Shown piece by piece: positions 11,501 through 23,700 of a stretch of 64,000 bases of DNA. Below the pieces are notes generated by a model that was not told the origin of the DNA, did not search any database, and worked only from the letters and a program-made list of their open reading frames with translations. Positions within the stretch are counted from its first letter, which is position 1. Every line of letters starts with the position of its first letter. Source of the stretch: Felis catus (lineage: Eukaryota); the NCBI RefSeq assembly GCF_018350175.1, contig NC_058373.1, positions 102,736,001 to 102,800,000 of the forward strand, written 5' to 3'. The position numbers and the translations under genes are program-made.

Positions 11501-14500
11501 TTTCTTTTTGAGGAGCCTGGCTAGAGGTTTGTCAATTTTGTTTATTTTTTCAAAAAACCAACTCTTGGTTTCGTTGATCTGCTCTACAGTTTTTTTAGAT
11601 TCTATATTGTTTATTTCTGCTCTGATCTTTATTATTTCTCTTCTTCTGCTGGGTTTAGGCTGCCTTTGCTGTTCTGCTTCTAGTTCCTTTAGGTGTGCTG
11701 TTAGATTTTGTATTTGGGATTTTTCTTGTTTCTTGAGATAGGCCTGGATTGCAATGTATTTTCCTCTCAGGACTGCCTTCGCTGCGTCCCAAAGCGTTTG
11801 GATTGTTGTATTTTCATTTTCGTTTGTTTCCATATATTTTTTAATTTCTTCTCTAATTGCCTGGTTGACCCACTCATTCGTTAGTAGGGTGTTCTTTAAC
11901 CTCCATGCGTTTGGAGGTTTTCCAGACTTTTTCCTGTGGTTGATTTCAAGCTTCATAGCATTGTGGTCTGAAAGTATGCATGGTATGATTTCAATTCTTG
12001 TAAACTTATGAAGGGCTGTTTTGTGACCCAGTATATGATCTATCTTGGAGAATGTTCCATGTGCACTCGAGAAGAAAGTATATTCTGTTGCTTTGGGATG
12101 CAGAGTTCTAAATATATCTGTCAAGTCCATCTGATCCAATGTCTCATTCAGGGCCCTTGTTTGTTTATTGACCGTGTGTCTAGATGATCTGTCCATTTCT
12201 GTAAGTGGGGTGTTAAAGTCCCCTGCAATTACCACATTCTTATCAATAAGGTTGCTTATGTTTATGAGTAATTGTTTTATATATTTGGGGGCTCCGGTAT
12301 TCGGTGCATAGACATTTATAATTGTTAGCTCTTCCTGATGGATAGACCCTGTAACTATTATATAATGTCCTTCTTCATCTCTTGTTACAGCCTTTAATTT
12401 AAAGTCTAGTTTGTCTGATATAAGTATGGCTACTCCAGCTTTCTTTTGGCTTCCAGTCGCATGATAAATAGTTCTCCATCCCCTCACTCTCAATCTAAAG
12501 GTGTCCTCAGGTCTAAAATGAGTCTCTTGTAGACAGCAAATAGATGGGTCTTGTTTTTTTATCCATTCTGATACCCTATGTCTTTTGGTTGGTGCATTTA
12601 ATCCATTTACATTCAGTGTTATTATAGAAAGATACGGGTTGAGAGTCATTGTGATGTCTGTATGTTTTATGCTTGTAGTGATGTCTCTGGGACTTTGTCT
12701 CACAGGGTCCCCCTTAGGATCTCTTGTAGGGCTGGTTTAGTGGTGACAAATTCCTTCAGTTTTTGCTTGTTTGGGAAGACCTTTATCTCTCCTTCTATTC
12801 TAAATGACAGACTTGCTGGGTAAAGGCTTCTCGGCTGCATATTTTTTCTGTCTAGCACCCTGAAAATCTCGTGCCAATTCTTTCTGGCCTGCCAAGTTTC
12901 AAAAGAGAGATCAGTCACGAGTCTTATAGGTCTCCCTTTATATGTGAGGGCACGTTTACCCCTTGCTGCTTTCAGAATTTTCTCTTTATCCTTGTATTTT
13001 GCCAGTTTCACTATGATCTGTCGTGCAGAAGATCGATTCAAGTTACGTCTGAAGGGAGTTCTCTGTGCCTCTTGGATTTCAATGCCTTTTTCCTTCCCCA
13101 GTTCAGGGAAGTTCTCAGCTATTATTTCTTCAAGTACCCCTTCAGCAGCTTTCCCTCTCTCTTCCTCCTCTGGGATACCAATTATGCATATATTATTTCT
13201 TTTTAGTGTATCACTTAGTTCTCTAATTTTCCCCTCATACTCCTGGATTTTTTTTATCTCTCTTTTTCTCAGCTTCCTCTTTTTCCATAACTTTATCCTC
13301 TAGTTCACCTATTCTCTCCTCTGCCTCTTCAAGCCGAGCTGTGGTGGTTTCCATTTTGTTATGCATTTCGTTTAAAGCGTTTTTCAGCTCCTCGTGACTG
13401 TTCCTTAGTCCCTTGATCTCTGTAGCAAGAGATTCTCTGCTGTCCTGTATACTGTTTTCAAGCCCAGCGATTAATTTTATGATTATTATTCTAAATTCAC
13501 TTTCTGTTATATTATTTAAATCCTTTTTGATCAGCTCATTAGCTGTTGTTATTTCCTGGAGATTCTTCTGAGGGGAATTCTTCCGCTTGGTCATTTTGGA
13601 TAGTCCCTGGCATGGTGAGGACCTGCAGGGCACTTCCCCTGTGCTGTGGTGTATAACTGGAGTCGGTGGGCGGGGCCACAGTCAGACCTGATGTCTGCCC
13701 CCAGCCCACTGCTGGGGCCACAGTCAGACTGGTGTGTGCCTTCTCTTCCCCTCTCCTAGGGGTGGGATTCACTGTGGGGTGGTGTGGCCCGTCTGGGCTA
13801 CTTGCACACTGCCAGGCTTGTGATGCTGGGGATCTGGCGTATTAGCTGGGGTGGGTAGGCAAGGTGCACGGGGGCAAGAGGGGCAGGCTTAGATCGCTTC
13901 TCCTTAGGTGATCCTCTTCAGGAGGGGCCCTGTGGCAGCGGGAGGGAGTCAGATCCGCTGCCGGAGGTTTGGCTCCGCAGAAGCGCAGAGTTGGGTGTTT
14001 GCGCGGAGCGAGCAAGTTCCCTGGCAGGAACTGGTTCTCTTTGGGATTTTGGCTGGGGGATGGGCGGGGGAGATGGCGCTGGCGAGCGCCTTTGTTCCCC
14101 ACCAAGCTGAGCTCTGTCGTCAGGGGGCTCAGCAGCTCTCCCTCCCTTTGTCCTCCAGCCTTCCCGCTTTCCGAGCAGAGCTGTTAACTTATGACCTCCC
14201 AGACGCTAAGTCGCGCTTGTTGTGGGAACACAGTCCGTCAGGCCCCTCCGCTTTTGCCAGCCAGACTCGGGGGCTCTGCTTGGCCGGCGAGCCGCCCCTC
14301 CGCCCCGGCTCCCTCCCGCCAGTCCGTGGAGCGCGCACCGCCTCGCAGCCCTTCCTACCCTCTTCCGTGGGCCTCTCGTCTGCGTTTGGCTCCGGCGACT
14401 CCGTTCTGCTAATCCTCTGGCGGTTTTCTGGGTTATTTAGGCAGGTGTAGGTGGAATCTAAGTGATCAGCTGGACGCGCGGTGAGCCCAGCGTCCTCCTA

Positions 14501-17500
14501 AGCCGCCATCTTGCCGCTTCTCCTGGAAGCCAATATTGTTGAGAGGAACTTGATTGTCCCTAGTGTTCTTCAGGGTATTCTTAACATCCTCTGTGCACTT
14601 TCAGAGCATGTCACCTGCTTCTCTTTGTGTGCATAGGCTTTAGCCATCTGGTATATCCTGATTAATTCTCATTTAGAAAGACTTAAGTATTTTTTTTTTC
14701 CTTCTTATCTGCAAGATACATTGCTATCTTACTTAAAATGGGAAGAGTTGATTTGGATGGCACTATTCATGATTTGGTTCTGTTATGTCTTGGTGGATCT
14801 TGATATTTCTATTAAAGTTTAATACTGCATTTCTTCGTCTAAGGATCCATGAAAAGGATGGAAAGATCAAGTCTGTGGAAGAGCTTCTGGAAGCAGAAGT
14901 TCTCAAAGTTGCTAATAAGGAGAAAACTATTCAGGTATTGAGAAAGAGAAAATTGTGTGTTTTGTATTTTTGTTTATCAACTTAGTGAATATCATTTAAT
15001 TTCATGTGTTTGTCTGTACATTGCATTTTATGTCAATTTCTATGTTTCCATTGTCCAATCTTGTCTGTTTTGTCATTGTCAAGGATTTGAAACAGGAAAT
15101 AGAGGCTCTAAAAGAAGAAATAGGAAATATCCAGCTTGAAAAGGCTCAACAGGTAAAAATCCCAGAGCCATAGCATGACAGATTTATTAGTGTATGTGTA
15201 TTTATGAGCTATTTGGTTTTTTTCTTGTTACTCAGAAAAAAACTTTCAGTAGTGTGCTGTAAGTATTTTGGGTTATGTGCTTTTTATTTATTTTTGCCTG
15301 ATTTGAGAAAGTGTTCTTGATATCAATGTATTTTTTAACTCTTAAAGATTCTTTTCTAGAAGTTTTGTGTATTAATGTTTCATTTTAGTTTGCCAACTTA
15401 AATACAAAACAGTTTGGTAAATCTTTTTAACCTTTTTGTTTTTTTTTAAATTGCATGGATCAAAATGTTTTGTTATAGAATATTGTTCAACCTTTGCCTG
15501 TAGAACCAAGTAAAACTTCATTGGGGGATTTCAGAGGTAGCTGGGATTACTGGACATATAGGGTGTGGGTGAATTTAATCTGATAAAGCTTCATTGAAAA
15601 AATGATGAGATTGTGTGGACGAGATGATTCATCCAACAATTATTCAACGATATTTCCTGAGTTCCTCCTACTTGTGAAAACACTATGTTAGTGATTGAAG
15701 ATAATGTGTTGAACAAAACAGGGTATGATGAAAATATCACAGTTCTCTAATATAGATTGAGAGATTAGGAAAGTCTCTTGAGGAACTGACATCTAAGCCA
15801 AAATCTGAAAGGACAGTGAAGAGAGTGAGGGATAAAATGTAGTATTGAACTACTGTGTATGATGAGAAAAGCAGGACAAAGTAGAGTACTGTTAAGTAGT
15901 TGTCCTTGAAGAGCTCTGATACGGTAGGGAGGTATATGTACAGTTAATACTCTATAATTTTCACAACTTGAGAATTAACACATTATTCAGACTTACTGTT
16001 CATATTTTTATTTTGTTACTCTTACTGTCATTGGAAACCAGAGAAGGCAAAATCAAAACACGTCTCATTTTGGCATGAATAATTCAGCTAGGATTTTTTT
16101 TTAATGTTTATTCATTGTGAGAGAGAGAGAGAAGTGTGTGCCGGTGCGCACCTATGAGTGGGGGAAGGGCAGGGAGGGTGGAGGAGAAAGAGAGAATCCC
16201 AAGTAGGCTCTGTGCTGACAGTGCAGAGGCAGGGATTGATTGCACAAACCGGGAGATCATGACCTGAGCCAAAATCAAGAGTTGGATGCTTAATGGACTG
16301 AGCCACCCAGCTGTCCCTCAGCTAGGATCTTTGTAATTTAAAGTGTACACCTTTTAAAGCTTATCATAAGGCTTAAGGTAAATTGAAAGGATTATAAACT
16401 GCTTTTTTTCTGAAAGGTTTTTTCTTTGTATTTCAGTTGTCTATCACCTCTCAAATTCAGGAGCTTCAGAACTTGTAAGTACCGTTTCTTTCATTTTCCT
16501 TTAATATCTCTTTTCCACAAGTTAAATACAAGTATATGCAAGTCAAATACAAATCAAATGCAATTATAATGAAAATCATAACTTCTTTTTAATTTCAAGT
16601 AATATTTTTAGGAATATGAAGTAACATCTCAAAAAGCTCTCATGGTCTTAAGTTTTCCATTGGGGTTTAACTTACAGACTTTATGATAGGAATGGGGATA
16701 GTGTGGAAAGTCTTATTTTTCATAATTTATAATCCAAATATGACCTCAAACTGAGATGTTGCTTTTTGCCTATTTTAATAGCCACTGTGAAACTGGCTAT
16801 ATAATTCATAGCCAGACCAGTGATGATAAGCTGTCTAAATTCACTGGTATTGGCCTAAACAGAATGATACGGGATGAGAGTAGGGCTACTCTAATTTATT
16901 CAAGATCTGGATCTGCAGTGATAGATGGAATTTCTTTCTTTAATTGTCCTATACTTCTTGACTTATTATCTGCAAAATCACGTTGGCCTGTATACTTAAA
17001 ATATTTATTTTTTAGTTTATTTTGTATCAGCCTGGGCTGTAAATACAACCTAAAATCTTTTACAGTCTCCACTTTTGTTTGTATAGTCCTATAACATTTT
17101 CACTGATGCTTCTTATTAACTTATTGTCAGATTAAAAGGAAAGGAGGAACAGATGAATACCATGAAGATTGTTTTAGAAGAGAAGGAGAAAGACATAGCC
17201 AATAGAGCAAAATGGTTGCAGGTGAGAAGTCAAAAACAAAAATAAACACTTTTTTTTTATACCTGAATGTCAGTTCAGTTCATACCAATTCTTTTTCAGG
17301 ATCTTCAAGAAGAAAATGAATCTTTAAAAGCTCATGTTCAGGAGATAGCACAACATAACTTGAAAGAGGTATAGTATAAACAGATTACTAGCATATTACA
17401 TAAGAAATGAGAAATCTCTTTTTTACTGTACTAGAAAATAAATTGAGTTTCCTTGTCATAAAAATTGGTTTATCATAATTTTGTTGTTGATAGAATAAAT

Positions 17501-17745
17501 TAAATTTTATCTTTGTTAGGTCTTTCTGCCTGATCTGTCAACCTAAGTTTAAAAGTATTACCTATCCTTACTTTTTCACTCATACTTCAGTATCTGTGTT
17601 TAGTTGTTATATTAATCTGTAATCCTTTAAGAGGTGGATATTAAAAGTTGAGTTAAAGTTCATTCTGTCTGTTTTATAAACAGCCTAATTTTAACATTTA
17701 ATTACATTTTTATTTTATTGGTGAGTGATTATGTATGTATGTGTA

Positions 17746-17791
<46 letters not shown>

Positions 17792-20700
17792 ATTGGTAGT
17801 ACCTGATCTTTTAATGTTAGAATTAAAAATGTGAATCTGTTCTTAGGCATGTTCTGCATCACGATTTGAAGAACTTGAGATGGTGTAAGTATAATTTTAG
17901 CCAGCATTTTAAAAGAGGAACTTCTCATAATTTTCCAGAAAGCACTTATTTAAGTGCTTTCTGGAAAAAAACTCATATTGAGTTTCTTTTAAGTCATTTT
18001 TTGTTAAATTAGGAATTATGGCCCAGAGGCAAAAAAAAAAAAAGGGGGGGGGGCAGTCTCTGTTTGGCATAATAAAAAAGAGGCCTTTTAAGTGCTTTCA
18101 GATACCTGGAGACTTTATTCTTTCCAAGCCCTTCAAATCCATTTTCTGATACCTTCTTTCTGCTAATATAGACTGGTTTTATTTAAAGTCTTTTTTTTTA
18201 AAACAAAGTATGCAATTATTCTAAAGACAGGTTAAATTTATTTCAAATTGAAATCATTGTATTTGAAAGTATAACAGCTCTGAATCAACCAGAAGATAAT
18301 CTTAGTTACAGCCTTGATGAAGATGATTGAATCTTTCTAGAAAAGTAACTTGCTTATTGAAGAGAATAGTATCTGTTGTCCTATCAGTTATGCTGCGCTG
18401 AATACTAAAAATATTAAATCTGATCACCAGTCTTTATAGATGTTTATACTAGAAAATTTTTACCTTATAAAGTCTTCTTTTAAGCTAAATCAATCTACAG
18501 TGGTAAGAAAGATATCTGGACTTCATCTTTTTGGCACACTATAAAATTAACAGATTTTGCTTTGATGTGATGCTGTCAGTCTTTATTGATATTTAAGAAG
18601 AGGCCCTTTGAAAATGTCTTTAAAAGTAAGGTATTGAGGATATTAGGTCATTGTCTTTTTGAAGACAAAGGACATGTCTCCTCTTGACACTAAAATTTTT
18701 TTTTTTTATTTAAAAAAAATTTTTTTTTTAACATTTATTTATTTTTGAGACAGAGACAGACATGAACAGGGAGGGGCAGAGAGAGAGGGAGACACAGAAT
18801 CTGAAACAGGCTCCAGGCTCTGAGCTGTCAGCACAGAGCCTGATGTGGGGCTCGAACTCACGGACCGTGAGATCATGACCTGAGCCGAAGTCGGACACTC
18901 AACCAACCGAGCCACCCAGGCGCCCCGACACTAAAATTCTTATATGTGTAACATAATTGTTTATCTTGGAGGCCTTGTGTAACTGTTAAGGTGCTTTTGT
19001 TCATTTGCTAATAGAAAGCTTGGAGACACATTTGGGGTCCATTTGACATTTAGGTCATTAAAGAATGTGTTTTTAGATTTATTGCTACATCATATTTTTC
19101 TTTTTTTAATTAATAGAATTTGGTTGGGGGGGAGCAATTTTAGGTTTACAGAAAAAACAAAGTACAGAGTTCCTGTATACCCCCTACCCCCACTCAATTT
19201 CTGTTATTTATTCTTGCAGTAGTGTGGTATGTTTGTTAGAATTGGTAAACCAGTGTTGACATACTGTTATTAACTAAAGTCTGTAGTTTCCCTTAGGGTG
19301 TTGTACATTCTGTGGGTTCTGAGGAATGTATAATGACATGTATCTATCATTACAGTATCATACAAAATAGTTTCACTTTCCTAAAAATCTCCTGGCTCTA
19401 CCTGTTCATCCCTTCCTTCCTCTAACCTCCATCCCCAATCTTTGGCTACCACTGATCTCCATAATTACCGTCTCCATAATTTTGCCTTTTCCAGAATGTC
19501 ATATAGTTGGAATCATACAGAATGTAGCCTTTCAGAATAGCTTCTTTCACTCAGCAGTATGTATTTAAGTTTTGCTGGGGTTCCCCCCCCCTGCCCCCTG
19601 ACTTTTAATCCTGTTCTTCATGTGTGCTCTTTTGTCATTTTTCATGTAGACTTATAAACATCTTGAAATTATTTTTACTTTCTACATTACGGTGGGACAA
19701 AAATAACGTTCATTTCAACAAATAATTGAGAGTCTGTTACAGGCCCTCTGGCACTGGGAATACTGAAATGGCCAAGATGGGTTCCTGCCCTGAGGAAATA
19801 GATAAACAGACCATTTTAATAGCATTAAGTGCTACTCTAGAGGTCTGTTGAATAGGGTGACAAGGGCAATTGGGATTCACTTGAGCTAGATAGAGTAAGA
19901 TTTATGCCTATGCTGGCTAAGGGAGAACCAGATTAAATTATACGTAGCATCTCTTCACAAAGGCTTGGGCATATTGTAAATTCCCGGTCAACTAATTATG
20001 GCTTTATGTTTTTTATTTTAGATTTTTCTCCTAGATAAAGCCATACTTAAGAAATGTTAACTATGAAATAAAGTGTAGCAGTTTTATGATGTACTTTGAG
20101 TTGAGCGATTCTGGGAATAATATCTTTTAAAACAAATTTATAAGTTGGTATAATATGGGGCGAAAGAGCTGTTAGGCATTGTTTCTGCTATCATTTTTTT
20201 TTAATAGATGATATAGAAGTCTGTCCTTTTTTATGTGTATAACTGAATCAGATCTTTGTAAAAATTCTAGGTTGAAAGAAAAGGAAAATGAAATGAAGAG
20301 AATAGAAACTGTACTAAGAGAGAGAGAGAGTGATCTTTCTAGCAGAACAAAGCTGTTACAGGTGAATATATTTAATTAAAATTAATTATTGTGTGATTTG
20401 TCTTTGCATGTTTTAAACAATTTTAACTACACAAAAAATAGGATAGAGACTCTTTCCTCCCAGGCAGATACTGGGTCTCATTCCTAAGAAAACTATCAAT
20501 TATTTGTATATCTTTTGAGAAAGTGCCCATGCATAAAATATATGTGTAGGTGTGTACTTGTTTTTTTTTAATTTTCTTTTTTTTTAAATTTTTTAACCTT
20601 TATTTATTTTTGAGACAGAGGGAGACAGAGCATGAATGGGGGAGGGTCAGAGAGAGGGAGACACAGAATCTGAAACAGGCTCCAGGCTCTGAGCTGTCAG

Positions 20701-23700
20701 CACAGAGCCCAACGCGGGGCTCGAACTCACGGACTGCGAGATCACGACCTGAGCCGAAGTCGGACGCTTAACCGACTGAGCCACCCAGGCGCCCCTGTAC
20801 TTGTTTTTTAAACACACTGTTTAACCATGCACACATTTGTATTTGGCTTTTCTCCCTCAATTATTAATGTTTTTGAAATCTTTCCACATAAGCACGTTTC
20901 TGTCTTCAACTTTCTTTTAAATGTTTATTTTTGAGAGAGAGAGAGAGAGTACGAGTTGGGGAGGGGGAGAGAGAGGAGGGTACAGAGGATACGAAGCTGT
21001 CTCCATGCTGCCTGCAGAGAGCCCAAAGTGGGGCTGGAACTCACCAACTGTGAGGTCATAACCTGAGTGGAAGTTGGCCGCTTAACCAACTGAGCCACCC
21101 AGGTGCCCCTCTGGCTTCAACTTTTAATGGCTTCATGGTGTTCTCTTGTATCATCTGTCCTCATTTATATAACCAATCCTGATTTACAGATGCCTGGATT
21201 ATTTAGAGTTGTGTTTCCTGTTACAACAGTGAATATCCTTAAACACACATTTTTAATACTTCTGCCTGTATTTAAAATTCCAGGAAGTGAATTTTGGGGT
21301 CAAAGGTTTATGCGGTTTCTTTTTTCTTTTTGAAAGAGGTAGTTAAAATTGAAAACCCGTATCTCTTCATCTTGTAGCTAATATTGAACATACTTACAGA
21401 ACATTGATTTGAAATGATAGCAAATTGCAGATGGCTGCATTGTCCCAACTGCTCTTGCTCACATTTCATGCTCCAAGTGTTGGTTCGGTTAAATTCTCTC
21501 TCTCCCAAGTGGATTCATTTTTAATTTTGTTAGATAATGCTAAGTCGCCCTCCAAAAGTGGTTTTTACAAGTTTACACCAATAGAGGGCCATTTCCTTTT
21601 CATCTTCTCCCAACATTGACAGAGATGAAAACATTTGATACTCTGCTTGAAAGATAGTGGGATTATTTTAATTTGTATTTGATTGTGAGAGAGGGGGTAA
21701 GTACTCTTCATTTGTCTATTAATTGGCCTTCAGTTTTTCTTACATTTTTCCTCTAGATTGACTTTTTCTTATTAATTTATAACATTTTTTTATATAATAA
21801 GGGAAATTATTAGCCTTTTGTCATATGAGAAGTGATTTGTTTTTTTAAGTTTTTCTTTTTATTTAATAGTTATTTCTCCTCCTTTTTGGAATTTTAAAAC
21901 TTTTATCTGCTCAAATATAATTTCCTGAGTGTTAAGTCTTGAAATGAAAAATATTTTCATGTGTTTCGATATGTTTATAATTTACTTTTTTGTTTGATGT
22001 CTTACGTATATGTAATTTATTTAAGTTATGAGAATAACATTTCAACCTTGAAAAAAATGCTAGCCACATTATTAAATAATCCATTATTATTTTACTGCAG
22101 TGGTTCTGCCCCCCAGGGGACATTTAGCAATATCTAGAGACTTTTTGGTTGTCACAGCGGTGGAGAGCTGCTACTGCATATAGTGAATGGAGGCCATGGA
22201 TACTGCTAAACCTCCTACAGTGTACAGGACAGTCCTATCAGCAGAGAAATAGCCAGCCCAAAATGTTACTAGAACTTGCCCTACTGATCTGAAATGTCAC
22301 CCCATACTAAATTCTTATAGGTATTTAGATCTGTTTCTGGATCCTGTTTTCTTCCAGTGAGACTGCCCACTCCCAGATTGGTGCTGAATAATTTAATTAT
22401 TCTAATCTTATACTGTGTTTTAATATAGGGCTTATTACTTTTAATATTCTCACTTGAAAAAAACTACTATTTTAGAATTTTCCTGGCTTGTATGGTATGT
22501 TTCAAAAGTTTATATGGAAAATAAAATCTCTGCACAGGTATTCATGTTAAAATTTTTTTCTTAAATAGGAAGTACAGGATGAAAACAAATTGTACAAATC
22601 TGAAATCGAGCAGCTTAAGCAACAGAACTACCAACAGGTAGGTACTGTTAGGTGGCTTGCCTTTCATTTATGTGGTGAAAAGTTACATAATTCAGACTGT
22701 CTATAAGTATTCTTACCATTATGCCTTTTTATTGAAAATAAAGTATGTTGGTTTATTTATCAAATTCCTTTAAAAAATTTTGCATTGTCATATCCAAAGT
22801 AATATATAATTTATAAAGCATACACAAATAATGTTACTATCTATATTCCAGCTCTGTTATATATGTGTGTGTGTATGTTTTCAGATCCTCCAGAATGCTT
22901 TTCTTAGCAAGTCCATTAAAATCCTATCATAGTTAAATGTAGGTGTATACCATTTTCCCTTTCCCTTCAGTAAAAATATGAGTAATTGGAGAGAAACTAG
23001 AAAATGTGTAATATTATCAGTAATAGTTTACCACTATTTAAAATACTTTTTCAAGGCGTAATTCTTCTTGGTAAAAATAAAATGGAAATACGTTTTTTTT
23101 TAAAGATGTTACCAATATATCCTTTCAATTATTTTCTGAATGTATATAAACTAGAAAGTATTATGAAGGGCAAAAGAATTTGTCCCTCTCAGCAAGGAGA
23201 TTATAGTATAGTAGTTTAGTATGAAAGGTTATAATCTTCAAGGTATATAAATACTGTATGTTGTGTACTTTTGCACGTTACGTAAAATTAACTTTCTGTT
23301 ACATGCAAGTTAACTTTTCTTAGTTTTTCTAGTTTTTCTTTTAACTTCACTTATGTTATTTGGACTTTTGGAAGCTTAATATAGTCAATATGAATTGTAT
23401 AGTAGGAAAATTTAATGTGTTAACTCAGTGCTTTGCACATGCTAGGAAGCTGATAAATACTTGTTAAGTGAAGAATTTAAGTATGTAGTGACAATGATTT
23501 GATTTAGTACTCAGTACATTTTTTTTTTTTTTCCAACGCTTATTTATTTTTGGAACAGGGAGAGACAGAGCATGAACGGGGGTGGGGCAGAGAGAGAGGG
23601 AGACACAGAATCGGAAACAGGCTCCAGGCTCCGAGCCATCAGCCCAGAGCCTGACGCGGGGCTCGAACTCACGGACCGAGAGATCGTGACCTGGCTGAAG

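Larger units (their letters stand above)
8535..14522 (-). mobile_element. Full-length LINE-1 (L1_Fc-like), antisense in KTN1 intron
   Basis: 5'UTR starting GAGAAGCGGCAAGATGGCGG, ORF1, ORF2, 3'UTR, AATAAA (8614-8619, minus), A/(TAAA)n tail; 12-bp TSD CTGGAAGCCAAT at 8523-8534 and 14523-14534. Confidence 0.98.

Noticed and set aside
12650..12703. 18-aa N-terminal extension of ORF2 in the ORF track, overlapping the ORF1 stop
   Set aside because: Starts at a GTG. The homologous start is the ATG at 12649 and the 50-nt spacer is simply stop-free in that frame
9665..13303. + strand ORFs of 85-190 aa (e.g. 10329-10901)
   Set aside because: Antisense shadows of L1 ORF1/ORF2 codon bias; hydrophobic low-information peptides typical of reversed L1
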